Origin: an uncultured Candidatus Saccharibacteria bacterium
Lineage (GTDB): Bacteria; Patescibacteriota; Saccharimonadia; Saccharimonadales; AWTP1-31
Direction: 5' to 3'
NCBI GenBank assembly: GCA_937903325.1
Contig: CALCZR010000059.1
Location: 65,489-129,488 of the forward strand
Length of the DNA stretch: 64,000 bases
A program made the translations under genes and the position numbers. The number at the start of each line of letters is the position of its first letter. The first letter of the stretch is position 1. Positions 46,793 to 55,746 of this stretch are shown here, in pieces. Under the pieces are notes generated by a model. That model was not told the origin of the DNA. It made no database searches and saw only the letters and a list, made by a program, of their open reading frames with translations.

Positions 46793-47191
46793 TTAAAACA
46801 CTAGCTTCTTAGCGATTTCTGCCAAAGCAGCATGGTCAGGTTCGCCGTCCATATCTTGTGGGGTGGTGAATTCTGCGTGGCTGTCTACCGGGATAAGATG
46901 TAGGTGCACATGGTCCACGTCAAAGCCCTCAATCGCCATAGCGATCCGCTTCTTCTCCGGATAAGCTTCTCGTAGTCGTTTAGCTACTTTACGAGCAGCA
47001 CTCCAGAGCGCGGTAGCATCCTCGTCAGTAAGATCCATGAACGTTGGAACCTGGGTCTTTGATACGACCAGCGTATGTCCGGGCTGGATGGGGTGGATGT
47101 CCAGAAAAGCAATTGTCTTGTCATCTTCGTATACCTTATGGCAGGGGATTTCGCCCTTAACAATCTTCGTAAAGATTGAGTCTTGGCTCAT
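46793..47191 (-). CDS. HIT family protein
   Basis: 132 aa with the histidine triad HVHLHLIP and the N-terminal IFTKIVKGEIPCHKVYEDD. Confidence 0.88.
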   Translation of the reverse strand: MSQDSIFTKIVKGEIPCHKVYEDDKTIAFLDIHPIQPGHTLVVSKTQVPTFMDLTDEDATALWSAARKVAKRLREAYPEKKRIAMAIEGFDVDHVHLHLIPVDSHAEFTTPQDMDGEPDHAALAEIAKKLVF

Positions 47192-47379
47192 ACCGTACCA
47201 CCTGATTCGCTGTAGAGTTGCTTTTCAAGATCATCGATCCGCTGGGCCATTTGCCCTACTAAATCCCATAAGGCCGTTAGATCGGCATCGTTCTGCGCCA
47301 CCCATTCTTCTAGATTGTTATGCGATCCTTTACCTTTTCCGATCTGGTATTCCTGAAATAGTTCCCACAATAAACTCAT
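47188..47379 (-). CDS. small hypothetical protein translationally coupled to the HIT gene
   Basis: The ATG at 47379 is preceded by a strong AAGGAGGAA Shine-Dalgarno sequence. The stop overlaps the HIT start (ATGA). The product is 63 aa. The longer track ORF starting at 47475 is not needed. Confidence 0.55.
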   Translation of the reverse strand: MSLLWELFQEYQIGKGKGSHNNLEEWVAQNDADLTALWDLVGQMAQRIDDLEKQLYSESGGTV

Positions 47380-47483
47380 ATTCCTCCTTTGCTGATACGT
47401 CTCATTATATGCTCCAACGACAGATGGACAATAACTAGTAAGACCTATACCCCTCAGGGGGTTTCTAGCGTACAATTATTGTT

Positions 47484-48650
47484 ATGTTTAAGAAATTCTC
47501 TCTATGGTTCTGTGTTAGCTTGTTCTTGTTCTCAGTATTCGGTGTCATTATCTTAACCAACGTCGCCACCTTGGCCCGGCCAAACTATATAAAGTCCTGG
47601 ACCCAGAAGAGTGGTTTGTATGAATCACTGCCGAGTGCGCTCCTTTCTCAGGCAGGCAAGGAAGAGGCTAAACAGCAAGACAAGAGTGAGGATGTTTCGT
47701 TTAGCAATCCACTTGTACAGGAAGCTGCCAAGTCTGCACTAACCCCGGATTTTCTAAAGCAATCTACCGAGCAGATAGTCAACGGGAGCTTTAAATGGCT
47801 AGAGGGCTCCATTGCCAAGCCAGACTTCTCCATAGATGTGTCTTCTGTAAAGCAAAGCTTTGCCGATAGCCTCGGTAATCTTCTAAAGAAGCGCTACGAA
47901 GCGCTACCTGCTTGCGCTGCTACCCAACTGCCCAGTACTACCGATCCATTCACCATCGACTGCCGTCCTGCAGTGGGACTGGACATCGACCAGGTAGTCA
48001 CCAGCGAGAAGAACAAGCTACTCAACAATGAAGACTTCCTCCCCGACAAGAATCTTACTGCAGACAATATCAACATTGGAGGCGACAACGATCCGCAGAA
48101 GCTCTCAGACAACAAGGATATTCCTAAAGCCTACCAGCTATTCCACCTGCTACCAGTTATCTTTGGCGGTTTGGCACTCCTATCTGGAATTGGTGTTATA
48201 TTCTTAGCCTCATCTAAGCGGGTAGGTCTACGTAAGATTGGTTGGCGACTGAGTCTGGCCGGCTTCCTGAGCCTTATTCTCTTCAGCCTCGGAGCACTCG
48301 GTCTTACCAAAGTCAGCAACCTCGCTACCACTCAAGGAGCAGATGCTGCCGTTACCGCCTACAAAGATATCCTAGCCAAGGGCCTCACCGCCATCCGTAC
48401 TGACTCAGTAAAACTCGGTGCTATAACTGCCGGGATTACGTTGATTCTCGGTGTTGTTCTCCTTGTCGTAACACGTGATAAGGAAGAGAAGACCGACAAA
48501 AAATCTGAATCAAAAACTCCTGACCTATCCGCAACGAAGAAAGAAACGCCCGCCCAAAAGCCCGTCACTACTAAACCAGCAGCCCAGAACCCACCAACAG
48601 CGCCTGTCGTCACTCCACGACCCAAAGCCAAACGAAACCTTATTCAATAG
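47484..48650 (+). CDS. polytopic membrane hypothetical protein with Lys/Thr/Pro-rich C-terminus
   Basis: 388 aa with an N-terminal TM helix, an extracytoplasmic domain of about 190 aa, three further TM helices and a basic tail. Confidence 0.6.
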   Translation: MFKKFSLWFCVSLFLFSVFGVIILTNVATLARPNYIKSWTQKSGLYESLPSALLSQAGKEEAKQQDKSEDVSFSNPLVQEAAKSALTPDFLKQSTEQIVNGSFKWLEGSIAKPDFSIDVSSVKQSFADSLGNLLKKRYEALPACAATQLPSTTDPFTIDCRPAVGLDIDQVVTSEKNKLLNNEDFLPDKNLTADNINIGGDNDPQKLSDNKDIPKAYQLFHLLPVIFGGLALLSGIGVIFLASSKRVGLRKIGWRLSLAGFLSLILFSLGALGLTKVSNLATTQGADAAVTAYKDILAKGLTAIRTDSVKLGAITAGITLILGVVLLVVTRDKEEKTDKKSESKTPDLSATKKETPAQKPVTTKPAAQNPPTAPVVTPRPKAKRNLIQ

Positions 48651-48666
48651 CTAGAATGAGCAACAG

Positions 48667-49167
48667 CTACATCTTACGGCTGTCGTAGGCCCAGTGTAGT
48701 AATGCTTGCCGTTGGCGTGGCCGACAATGCTCATCTCCTGGCTGGCAGTACTTCTGCACCTGCGAGGCATGCCGGCGCATATTCTTCCAGCGCCGTATCT
48801 GCCGTCGGTCTTCTTCTGGAATACGTCGCCCCATATAGTAGCGGCAATACCACAAGAACCAGCCTTTGGGATCTTCTGGATATATCCAGCCCTTGCGCTC
48901 CCATTCCTTGATTGGCTGACTCGCCAGAACCTTGAAATGATTCCTGATTTTATCTGGTACGGCAGATAGCTCGACGCCTTCGAACCAATCGGCAGGGAAT
49001 TCATCTGGTTGTTCGTGGAAATAGTTGCCCGCAAATATGCCGAGCTGGAGCATTTGCTTAGGTGTTAGATCGGGCGTAAATAGGGGATCAAAGTCCTTAC
49101 CGGGCAGGGCAGTGAGCGGATAGGTATAGCCTGTCTGGTACTGTTCATCTACAATAACTTGCTTCAT
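48667..49167 (-). CDS. conserved hypothetical protein (Trp/Arg-rich)
   Basis: 166 aa. The motif KGWFLWYCRYYMGRRIPEEDRRQIRRW looks familiar as a conserved family, but I cannot name it. Confidence 0.55.
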   Translation of the reverse strand: MKQVIVDEQYQTGYTYPLTALPGKDFDPLFTPDLTPKQMLQLGIFAGNYFHEQPDEFPADWFEGVELSAVPDKIRNHFKVLASQPIKEWERKGWIYPEDPKGWFLWYCRYYMGRRIPEEDRRQIRRWKNMRRHASQVQKYCQPGDEHCRPRQRQALLHWAYDSRKM

Positions 49168-49238
49168 ATATCGTACAGTAGCATATCTGGCAAAGGGACG
49201 GGGAAATAGGAGGCTATTCTGCTATAATCACCCCTGAC

Positions 49239-49328
49239 GGAGAGGTGTCCGAGTGGTTGAAGGAGCTGCTCTCGAAAAGCAGTATGCCGGCAACGGTATC
49301 GAGGGTTCGAATCCCTCTCTCTCCGCCA
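49239..49328 (+). tRNA. tRNA-Ser (anticodon CGA)
   Basis: Cloverleaf read by eye: acceptor GGAGAGG/TCTCTCC, anticodon arm CTGCT-CTCGAAA-AGCAG, a long variable arm, T arm GAGGG-TTCGAAT-CCCTC and an encoded CCA. An extended -10 box TGCTATAAT lies 10 nt upstream. Confidence 0.9.
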
Positions 49329-49529
49329 GCCTATTACTGTTCTAAATCGTCCTACTTACCTGAGAATGTATCGGCATCGAAGCACCACAGCTCGTTGGTC
49401 TCGCTATCGCGCATGTAATACCTTTGGATAGTCGTTGTCATTGCAAACTCCTTTCCTAATATAACCGTAACAAGTATGGCTAGCAGGGAGATGTAGGAAT
49501 TCTTACATGCCAGAAAAAACCAGGAAATT

Positions 49530-49550
49530 AAAAACCCTCCAAAAGGAGGG
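49530..49550 (-). terminator. intrinsic terminator after tRNA-Arg
   Basis: The minus strand reads CCCTCC-TTTT-GGAGGG followed by TTTTT. Confidence 0.6.
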
Positions 49551-49559
49551 ATCTTAATT

Positions 49560-49636
49560 TGGTACACCCGACAGGATTCGAACCTACGACCTTTGGCTCC
49601 GCAAGCCAACGCTCTATCCAGCTGAGCTACGGGTGC
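49560..49636 (-). tRNA. tRNA-Arg (anticodon GCG)
   Basis: The reverse complement is GCACCCGTAGCTCAGCTGGATAGAGCG TTGGC-TTGCGGA-GCCAA ... GTAGG-TTCGAAT-CCTGT CGGGTGT-A-CCA, and anticodon loop positions 34-36 read GCG. Confidence 0.88.
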
Positions 49637-49685
49637 TCATAAAAACAGGGGTTAGTGTATCATTTTCTAGCCAATATTACTAGTG

Positions 49686-50273
49686 TTAGAAGCGGATTTT
49701 GTGCATCAGCTTATCAATTGGGTCTATTTTCCGTGGTTCAAATGGCAAGAAGTCAGCAAGCGCCTCAACGATACGATCTCCGTCGGTCGGAGCAAAGTAG
49801 ATACTTAGTCCGGGCATAAAACGTTGCAGGGGCATGAACCAGATAGACTCCAGGCCTTCCTCTTGGATAACAGAGAAGGACTTAAAGTTAGCATAGGGAT
49901 AAAATTTGTCGCCTACATGCACACCTTCTTCGTTAACGACATAAGATAGCTCTCGCGGCTTACGAGCCGCCATAATGCCAAATAAGATAGCCACGATCAC
50001 CACCATGCCAGATGTCACCATGTCCTTCGTCAAAAGATAAATAACGGCCGCTACCACTACTGCGCCGCCGCCCAAGATAGCATACCAGCCGCCTGTCTTG
50101 GTGTGAGCAACGAACTCTGAAGCAGTCCACGTTATTCCATCTAGCACCTTTTCAACTGGTGGAGCAGGGGATGGGGCGGGCGTAGAAGCAGCAATGTTGT
50201 TCTCGAAGACAACGGGGGCTTGTTGAGGTTGGGGCGCCGGTGTCGGTACCGCTGGTTTTTCACCTTCTTGCAT
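49686..50273 (-). CDS. membrane hypothetical protein with Pro/Gln-rich N-terminus
   Basis: I prefer the ATG at 50273 (MQEGEKPAVPTPAPQPQQAP...) to the TTG at 50330. It has two TM helices (WYAILGGGAVVVAAVIYLL; GMVVIVAILFGIMAA) and then a soluble C-terminal domain. Confidence 0.6.
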   Translation of the reverse strand: MQEGEKPAVPTPAPQPQQAPVVFENNIAASTPAPSPAPPVEKVLDGITWTASEFVAHTKTGGWYAILGGGAVVVAAVIYLLTKDMVTSGMVVIVAILFGIMAARKPRELSYVVNEEGVHVGDKFYPYANFKSFSVIQEEGLESIWFMPLQRFMPGLSIYFAPTDGDRIVEALADFLPFEPRKIDPIDKLMHKIRF

Positions 50274-50378
50274 AAGCGTATTGTACCGAATATATCCTTC
50301 TCTTTCTAGTAGGACAGTGTTTGGGCACAAAAATACTAGGCTTTTACCGGCTTGGATGGTATAATTTACCCCTGTTAT

Positions 50379-50471
<93 letters not shown>

Positions 50472-50496
50472 GAATCATTTTCAGATGTAGTGCCCT

Positions 50497-50524
50497 ACCG
50501 CTCGGTCCTGACCGAGCGGTTTTG
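50497..50524 (+). terminator. intrinsic terminator after tRNA-Ser(TGA)
   Basis: A perfect 10-bp stem ACCGCTCGGT-CCTG-ACCGAGCGGT is followed by TTTGTATTT. Confidence 0.75.
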
Positions 50525-50785
50525 TATTTCACTGCACCCCTGTTCTTGGGTTCGAATCCCATTTGCCCTTTGGACGCCGTCGCTTTGTGGACTTCAGTGT
50601 TGCTAGATCCTTCTGCACTCTCAGTTTGCGTTGAGCTATCGAAAGGAATGCTCGAGCCAACAGCTTCAGGTTTTCTTCAGATCGACGTTCAGGGCGAATC
50701 ATTGTTGCTCTAAGAGTACCCCCCGAATTGCAACTCGCCTAGCCACAATACAAGTTTAGAAGCGACCGTGTTTTATAATAAGCTC

Positions 50786-51715
50786 ATGACACTGATCCTA
50801 ACCGCATTGACACCCGAGTTCATTGTCCAGGCCTCGGATCGCATGTTGACTTACCCCTCTGGTGATGTCGCTCGTAGTGATGCAGTTAAGTCAGTAGTAG
50901 TGGGAGTAGATACGTCGTTCGGGTATACCGGTATGGCAGGGCTGCCGGTAACCGCTTCAATGGCAGCAGCACGACCTTACTTGAAAGCTGGGGAATGGCT
51001 GACGACCTCTGAATGGATAGCCACGGTGGCCGCGAACGCTAGTTCCAGCAAGCTGGCCGACACGGCTCTACTGGCGGCCGAGGGCGCCAAGGCGATGCAG
51101 CTTATTGGCCCGCGTGAATCCTCTAAACTGACCATATTCATTCGTACGAATTGGACCATGAACGAGCGAACAGGTGACTTGGAGCCGTCTCTGGTCCGGA
51201 TATCGAACGTCATGGACGAGAATAGATTTGAATACTCGCTCACACGGATTGGTAGTGATCGTCACTCCTTACTAGATACGAGTTTGAAGAAAGCAGACCT
51301 GTCCTCAATAGGGTTCTCGCCTGACTCGCTCGAACGTAGGATCGATGAAGAAGTTGCTGGCAATTCTGACCCGGCAAAGGTCTTGGCCTTGCTCGTCGAC
51401 GCCGTTCGGGAAGTATCACGTCTGCTTCGAGCGAAAGGGAGTTTAATTGTGGGCGAAGATGTGATCCAAACGTGCATACCACGCGAAGTGGTTGCCAGGG
51501 CACTGAAGAATGGTAGCGGTTGGACAATCGTAAACGGCCCGGCATCAATAGACTATGTCACGTTCGCCCACAACGATCCCACAAGTGCTGACGTCAAGCC
51601 AGTTAGCCCAGTTCATGTTCTGGGTGGGAATATTGTTGGAACCCTGAATATCTCACAGCTGGGTGTGCGGTTGGGAGAGGACCAGGTCTCACTTGGTCCT
51701 CTCCGTGCCTCTTGA
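50786..51715 (+). CDS. hypothetical protein with N-terminal proteasome/Ntn-hydrolase-like signature (tentative)
   Basis: From the ATG at 50786 the product starts MTLILTALTPEFIVQASDRMLTYPSGDVARSDAVK. After Met removal this gives Thr1, Asp17 and Lys34, close to the Thr1/Asp17/Lys33 spacing of proteasome beta/HslV. The track start is a GTG at 50768. The gene looks more GC-rich by eye than its neighbours. Confidence 0.45.
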   Translation: MTLILTALTPEFIVQASDRMLTYPSGDVARSDAVKSVVVGVDTSFGYTGMAGLPVTASMAAARPYLKAGEWLTTSEWIATVAANASSSKLADTALLAAEGAKAMQLIGPRESSKLTIFIRTNWTMNERTGDLEPSLVRISNVMDENRFEYSLTRIGSDRHSLLDTSLKKADLSSIGFSPDSLERRIDEEVAGNSDPAKVLALLVDAVREVSRLLRAKGSLIVGEDVIQTCIPREVVARALKNGSGWTIVNGPASIDYVTFAHNDPTSADVKPVSPVHVLGGNIVGTLNISQLGVRLGEDQVSLGPLRAS

Positions 51716-51884
51716 CTCGTCATGAGTCTGACTCCTGCAACGTCTCTCGACGAGGTGTGATCAGTCGGCGGAACGACTCAGATGGGTTCGAAAGCCTGAC
51801 CATCCAGTCCGCCAGAAAAACAAGGTTTGCGAAAGCAGCCTTATTTTTTTGGGAAGAAACAGCTAGGGCGGTATAGTTAGATCT

Positions 51885-52136
51885 ATGGCAAACAAAAAAC
51901 AATCTACACAGAAAGATCGGCAAGTAGTAAGTGGTCTATTTTGGATATTCTCACCATTTTTCGTACTAACAGGTATCGCCCTCCTCCAAATTGTGATCAG
52001 GTTCATCGACGCAACTCCATCGGGTGTCGTGCTAGCCGTTAACCTTGTTTCAGCAATCGGTGGCATCATTGGCGTAACGCTCGTTATAGCCGGACCAGTC
52101 ATCGGTATCCTCAAGCTCATCGACAGAAAACGTTAG
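51885..52136 (+). CDS. small two-TM membrane protein
   Basis: 83 aa with a TATAGT box 7 nt upstream of the ATG and two hydrophobic helices. It is followed by a strong hairpin terminator. Confidence 0.5.
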   Translation: MANKKQSTQKDRQVVSGLFWIFSPFFVLTGIALLQIVIRFIDATPSGVVLAVNLVSAIGGIIGVTLVIAGPVIGILKLIDRKR

Positions 52137-52178
52137 CAACCACCGTTTAATTACTCTGGAAACTGCAGCCAAACTAAA

Positions 52179-52204
52179 ACCCGCCGGATAGGCGGGTCTT
52201 GATT
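52179..52204. terminator. bidirectional intrinsic terminator
   Basis: ACCCGCC-GGATA-GGCGGGT is flanked by an A-run on the left and a T-rich tract on the right. It can serve both the plus-strand 83-aa gene and the minus-strand tRNA-Ser(GCT). Confidence 0.7.
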
Positions 52205-52299
52205 TGGCGGAGGAGGAGGGATTCGAACCCTCGCTGGAACTTGCGCCCCACTAACGATTTAGCAAACCGTCCCCTTCAGCCACTTGGGTACTCCTCCGC
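52205..52299 (-). tRNA. tRNA-Ser (anticodon GCT)
   Basis: The reverse complement is GCGGAGG AG TACCCAAGTGGCTGAAGGGG ACGGT-TTGCTAA-ATCGT, a long variable arm, GAGGG-TTCGAAT-CCCTC CTCCTCCGCCA. Confidence 0.88.
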
Positions 52300-52359
52300 A
52301 TCACAACGTGACAACTGGTAGATTATAACAGATTAACAGGGATGATGGAACGGTAGTTA

Positions 52360-52902
52360 TTACGCTGCAACAGCAAATTCGTCTGAGTCGGTATCCTGAT
52401 CAGGAACTGGACGACGTTGTTCGGTACGGCGACCCTGGTAGCTCCTAGCAAACGATCCACCAACCTTCGTTGCGCCCTTACCAGCAGCAATGCTCGCACC
52501 CTTGTTAGCAACAATAGTTGCTCCGGCGGACTTAGCGCCACTCTTTAGTACTGACTTCAGAATCTTGTTCGTATCTGGCTCCTGGTTCTGGATCTGGGAA
52601 CGCAGCTCAATACCAGCTCCCGTAAGCGCACCTTTACCGATCTGGGTAACAGTGGCGCCGTGTTGATTCCAGAATTCTGCGGCCATCTCCCTAGTATCAG
52701 CTCCGGCGCCTTTTATCGCATCCGCAACATTACCAATAGCGGCCTTCATAGTGTCGAAGCGACTCTGGGCTTCAGTATCTGCAGGAGTAGGGCCAGCAGC
52801 AGCGAAAGCATCAGGAGCCATCTGAGCTATATTCATAGCATCAGGCATCACCTGTTCGGTTACTGGATTTGGCTGTGGGATGGGCATTTCTGTGTTTGTC
52901 AT
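52360..52902 (-). CDS. Gly/Ala/Lys-rich hypothetical protein
   Basis: The track ORF (to 53034) overlaps comF. The ATG at 52902 (MTNTEMPIPQPNPV...) gives 180 aa. No TM segment and no recognised family. Confidence 0.5.
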   Translation of the reverse strand: MTNTEMPIPQPNPVTEQVMPDAMNIAQMAPDAFAAAGPTPADTEAQSRFDTMKAAIGNVADAIKGAGADTREMAAEFWNQHGATVTQIGKGALTGAGIELRSQIQNQEPDTNKILKSVLKSGAKSAGATIVANKGASIAAGKGATKVGGSFARSYQGRRTEQRRPVPDQDTDSDEFAVAA

Positions 52903-52936
52903 ACTGGATACTATTATACATAAAAGTAGGTATTTG

Positions 52937-53638
52937 TCAATGATGTGTTGTAGTGGTTTGTGCAAATGTGACGGCATGAATAGCCTGAAACCCAGCCACT
53001 CTGAGAGTCTGGGCAGCCGAGCATATACTGGCACCCGTTGTTATGACATCGTCCACAAGCAAGATTGCTGACTGGCGTGACAGGCGAGTAGGCAAGACTT
53101 CAAAGGAGTTATGTAATTGTGCTAACCGGGCCGATCTACTGGCTCCTACCTGCCGGGAAGAGCCATGTCGCACAATAAGAGGTAAGTACTTGCAGTCCAG
53201 TACCCGCGCCAGCTCTTTAGCGATAAGCTCTGCATGGTCATACCCACGCTGGCGTCTTCGGCTGTTAGCAGTAGGGACATGTACAACGATACAATTACTA
53301 AGATTTGCTGGAACAATCTGTGCTAGCAGAGTGCCGATGGTAGCTGCAGCCGCTTGAGCTCGGTCAAACTTGAGAGCATGTACCAAATCTCTGGCTATTT
53401 CAGTAAAACCGGTACGAGAGTGAATGCTTGTGAGGGGAAGGGATTTTAGGCAAACCTCACACGCCGCGCTTCCAGTCGTTACAGCCCCGCAGCGAAAACA
53501 TTCATTAGGCGCATCAGAAATACACGTCCGCTGACACACTTCGCAAAGTAGACAACCTTCAGAGCCACAACCTAGGCAATCATGCGGAGCAAACAGCTGA
53601 ATAACTTTCTCAAGCACAAACATAGGGTCAGTATACAA
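52937..53638 (-). CDS. comFC: ComF family phosphoribosyltransferase-domain protein
   Basis: 233 aa with an N-terminal Cys4 finger (CLGCG...CEVC...CFRCG...CEVC) and the PRTase motif LLVDDVITTGAS. Confidence 0.8.
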   Translation of the reverse strand: MYTDPMFVLEKVIQLFAPHDCLGCGSEGCLLCEVCQRTCISDAPNECFRCGAVTTGSAACEVCLKSLPLTSIHSRTGFTEIARDLVHALKFDRAQAAAATIGTLLAQIVPANLSNCIVVHVPTANSRRRQRGYDHAELIAKELARVLDCKYLPLIVRHGSSRQVGASRSARLAQLHNSFEVLPTRLSRQSAILLVDDVITTGASICSAAQTLRVAGFQAIHAVTFAQTTTTHH

Positions 53639-53717
53639 ATAAGTATTTGACTAAACACAAGCCAGGAAATAAAGCGTCGCCGTTGTGTTTATTGTGTTGT
53701 AAATAAACCCTTTATGG

Positions 53718-53746
53718 TTGAAGGCGTAATTTTGCTAAGTTATACT
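53718..53746 (+). promoter_or_regulatory. putative hsp20 promoter
   Basis: TTGAAG, a 17-nt spacer, then TATACT. A 7-bp inverted repeat GTTTATT-N8-AATAAAC lies just upstream (53687..53708). Confidence 0.45.
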
Positions 53747-53807
53747 ACGATTAACACAAAAACGCTAGAGCCTAAACAATTATTAGTTCGACCGGAGGGT
53801 AACAATT

Positions 53808-54287
53808 ATGGCGCGACGTACTCGCGATGAAGATCTGTTAATGGAAGATGAGCTAACGGCCGCTTTCTTAGGTGAAGATGATATGCCTGTAGCTGATGAT
53901 CCTATACAGGACGCTCCAGCCGCAGCAGCACCTGCAGACGAATGGGATGAAGAAGAGGCCGTACCTGGCCAATTAGCCGTTGATGTATACGAAACACGCG
54001 AGAAGCTCGTTGTTAAGGCCCGTACAGCTGGCGTTAACAAGAGTGAATTAGATGTCAGTATCGCAGATAACACACTCAGCATTCGGGGCACGCTATCTGC
54101 TGGTAACGAAGACGACGTGGAGAACTACTTCGTACAAGAGTGTTACTGGGGTGAATTCTCCCGTAGCATTACACTTCCTGTTCCAGTAAAGGAAGAGGAG
54201 ATCGAAGCAGTGCTCAAGGACGGGGTCCTAACTATAAGCTTTACAAAGCTCAAGCAAGACACCGTTAAGAAGATTCAAGTTCTGTAG
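53808..54287 (+). CDS. Hsp20/alpha-crystallin family small heat-shock protein
   Basis: 159 aa with the alpha-crystallin domain LAVDVYETREKLVVKARTAGVNKSELDVSIADNTLSIRG...FSRSITLPVPV...AVLKDGVLTISFTK. A GGAGGG Shine-Dalgarno sequence is present. Confidence 0.9.
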   Translation: MARRTRDEDLLMEDELTAAFLGEDDMPVADDPIQDAPAAAAPADEWDEEEAVPGQLAVDVYETREKLVVKARTAGVNKSELDVSIADNTLSIRGTLSAGNEDDVENYFVQECYWGEFSRSITLPVPVKEEEIEAVLKDGVLTISFTKLKQDTVKKIQVL

Positions 54288-54310
54288 TTAACAAAAGAGC
54301 TCTAGCAACA

Positions 54311-54342
54311 ACCCCCGGGTGATACTCGGGGGTTTTCTTTTT
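54311..54342 (+). terminator. intrinsic terminator after hsp20
   Basis: CCCCCG-GGTGATACT-CGGGGG is followed by TTTTCTTTTT. Confidence 0.7.
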
Positions 54343-54377
54343 GTTAGTACGGAGTCACTAGGGAATATATAGGTATT

Positions 54378-54402
54378 AAAAAAGCCGGAGAAAACTCCGG
54401 CT
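54378..54402 (-). terminator. intrinsic terminator of the pilin operon
   Basis: The minus strand reads AGCCGGAG-TTTT-CTCCGGCT followed by TTTTTT, 22 nt after the last pilin stop. Confidence 0.75.
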
Positions 54403-54423
54403 TTAGTGTTAGATCCTTATAAC

Positions 54424-54849
54424 CTAGGAGGTTACAGGAGCGAAACGTGCGAGGACGAATCGTACGATAATCTGTGCCAGGGCGACTACCACTAGACCAA
54501 TGATGGCGTAGAGGATAGTGTTCTTAGCTGAGGTAACGTTACCAGAGTCACCACCTGAAGTGATGTACTTGATACCACCTACGATGATCATGACTACCGC
54601 GATGATACCAACGACAGCAGAGAACAGGTTAAGTGCTAAACGAACAGCGTCGTTAACCTTACCAGTTGCGTCTGCTTCACCAACCTCGTCACAGGTACCT
54701 GTCTCGGACAAGGTGATACTTGTACCACAGTTAAGTCCGCCGCGTGGGTCGAACGTCGCTGCATGAGCCACGGCAGGTACTGCAGCAGGCAGCAATAGTG
54801 CAGCTGAAGCAGCGAGGCCGAGGATCAAGCTTTTTATTCTTTTGATCAT
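54424..54849 (-). CDS. T4SS pilin-like protein (VirB2/TrbC-like), paralog 1
   Basis: 141 aa with a Sec signal peptide ending AVAHA, a Cys pair (NCGTSITLSETGTCDE), and then the two-TM hairpin LFSAVVGIIAVVMIIVGGIKYITSGGDSGNVTSAKNTILYAIIGLVVVALAQIIVRFV. Confidence 0.8.
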   Translation of the reverse strand: MIKRIKSLILGLAASAALLLPAAVPAVAHAATFDPRGGLNCGTSITLSETGTCDEVGEADATGKVNDAVRLALNLFSAVVGIIAVVMIIVGGIKYITSGGDSGNVTSAKNTILYAIIGLVVVALAQIIVRFVLARFAPVTS

Positions 54850-54925
54850 TTTATGTAGAACCTTTCTTTATTTATACCTTGTTTTATACCATAAACGGGG
54901 CAGTGAATTCAATCAATTGTTATGC

Positions 54926-55315
54926 TTATGTCTTAAAGCGAATTAAGACAAAGCGCACAATTAACTGAGATATCATAGCGATGACGAGACCGATGACTGC
55001 GTAGAGGATAGTGTTCTTGGCACTGTTCACCTGTCCGGAGTCACCCTGAGAGGTGACGTATTTTATGCCGCCAATCATGATCATAACCACGGCGATAATT
55101 CCAATGATCACTGAGAAAATGTTCAGCGCCTTACTAACGACATCTTGGGTCTGGGTAGCCGCCGTCGTGGGATCGGTACACGTAGCGTCCCCATCTAGTG
55201 CAATGCCTTTACAGACGGCTTGCTTTGACCCTTCCAGCAGGGCAAAGGCCGGGGCTACAAATAGCACGTTAAATGTCAGGGTAAGCCCGAGCATGACACT
55301 TAAAAATCTCTTCAT
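54926..55315 (-). CDS. T4SS pilin-like protein, paralog 2
   Basis: 129 aa with a signal peptide ending PAFA, a Cys pair (VCKGIALDGDATCTD), and the hairpin IFSVIIGIIAVVMIMIGGIKYVTSQGDSGQVNSAKNTILYAVIGLVIAMISQLIVRFV, which closely resembles paralog 1. Confidence 0.8.
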   Translation of the reverse strand: MKRFLSVMLGLTLTFNVLFVAPAFALLEGSKQAVCKGIALDGDATCTDPTTAATQTQDVVSKALNIFSVIIGIIAVVMIMIGGIKYVTSQGDSGQVNSAKNTILYAVIGLVIAMISQLIVRFVLIRFKT

Positions 55316-55324
55316 GGTATCTCC

Positions 55325-55744
55325 TTAGTTTCCGAACTTGCTTACTATTAATGACACAATGAATTGTCCGACAACGGCAATAACCAAACCGACAACGGCG
55401 AAGATAAGACCATTCCGGGCACTGTTGGTAGAATTAGGGTCACCCTGTGAGGTGATCATCCGAACCGCGTTGATCAATATAACAAACAGGGCAGTGATAC
55501 CAAAGATCAACAGGAAGATACGAATACCTTTAGTTAGCACGCCGTCAGCACCGAGAACAGGATTTTGGGCGTCAGTATTAGTGGTACTGTCATCCAAGCA
55601 GACATCTGGGGCGCTGCCAGTCGCTGTCGTCGAGTTACAGATGTCCTCAATAACGGGAACTGCCGCTACCGGCCGTGCTGCCACGACATTAAACGCAAGC
55701 AGCAACGTTACTATAGTGAGCAAACCAGTAATAAGTCGCTTCAT
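55325..55744 (-). CDS. T4SS pilin-like protein, paralog 3
   Basis: 139 aa with a signal peptide ending PVAA, a Cys pair (ICNSTTATGSAPDVCLDD), and the hairpin IFLLIFGITALFVILINAVRMITSQGDPNSTNSARNGLIFAVVGLVIAVVGQFIV. Confidence 0.78.
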   Translation of the reverse strand: MKRLITGLLTIVTLLLAFNVVAARPVAAVPVIEDICNSTTATGSAPDVCLDDSTTNTDAQNPVLGADGVLTKGIRIFLLIFGITALFVILINAVRMITSQGDPNSTNSARNGLIFAVVGLVIAVVGQFIVSLIVSKFGN

Positions 55745-55746
55745 GT

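Noticed and set aside
48651-49034. 127-aa ORF 48651..49034 on the minus strand, in an alternative frame of the 166-aa gene.
   Set aside because: It overlaps 48667..49167 on the same strand. The 166-aa frame has the conserved-looking Trp/Arg-rich motif and a proper ATG start.
49352-49609. 85-aa ORF 49352..49609 on the minus strand, plus ORFs 50344..50562 (-) and 50352..50606 (+).
   Set aside because: They read straight through tRNA-Arg(GCG) and tRNA-Ser(TGA) respectively. Translation of tRNA sequence is an artefact. Only a 29-aa remnant lies outside the tRNA.
50548-50561. The tRNA T-arm-like fragment GGGTTCGAATCCCA, together with a weaker GGGTTCGAA at about 51786, as att repeats of an integrated element.
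   Set aside because: The shared sequence is only 9-14 nt and is the universally conserved T-loop. There is no integrase and no extended match to the acceptor end of either tRNA-Ser. I kept it only as supporting context for the islet finding.
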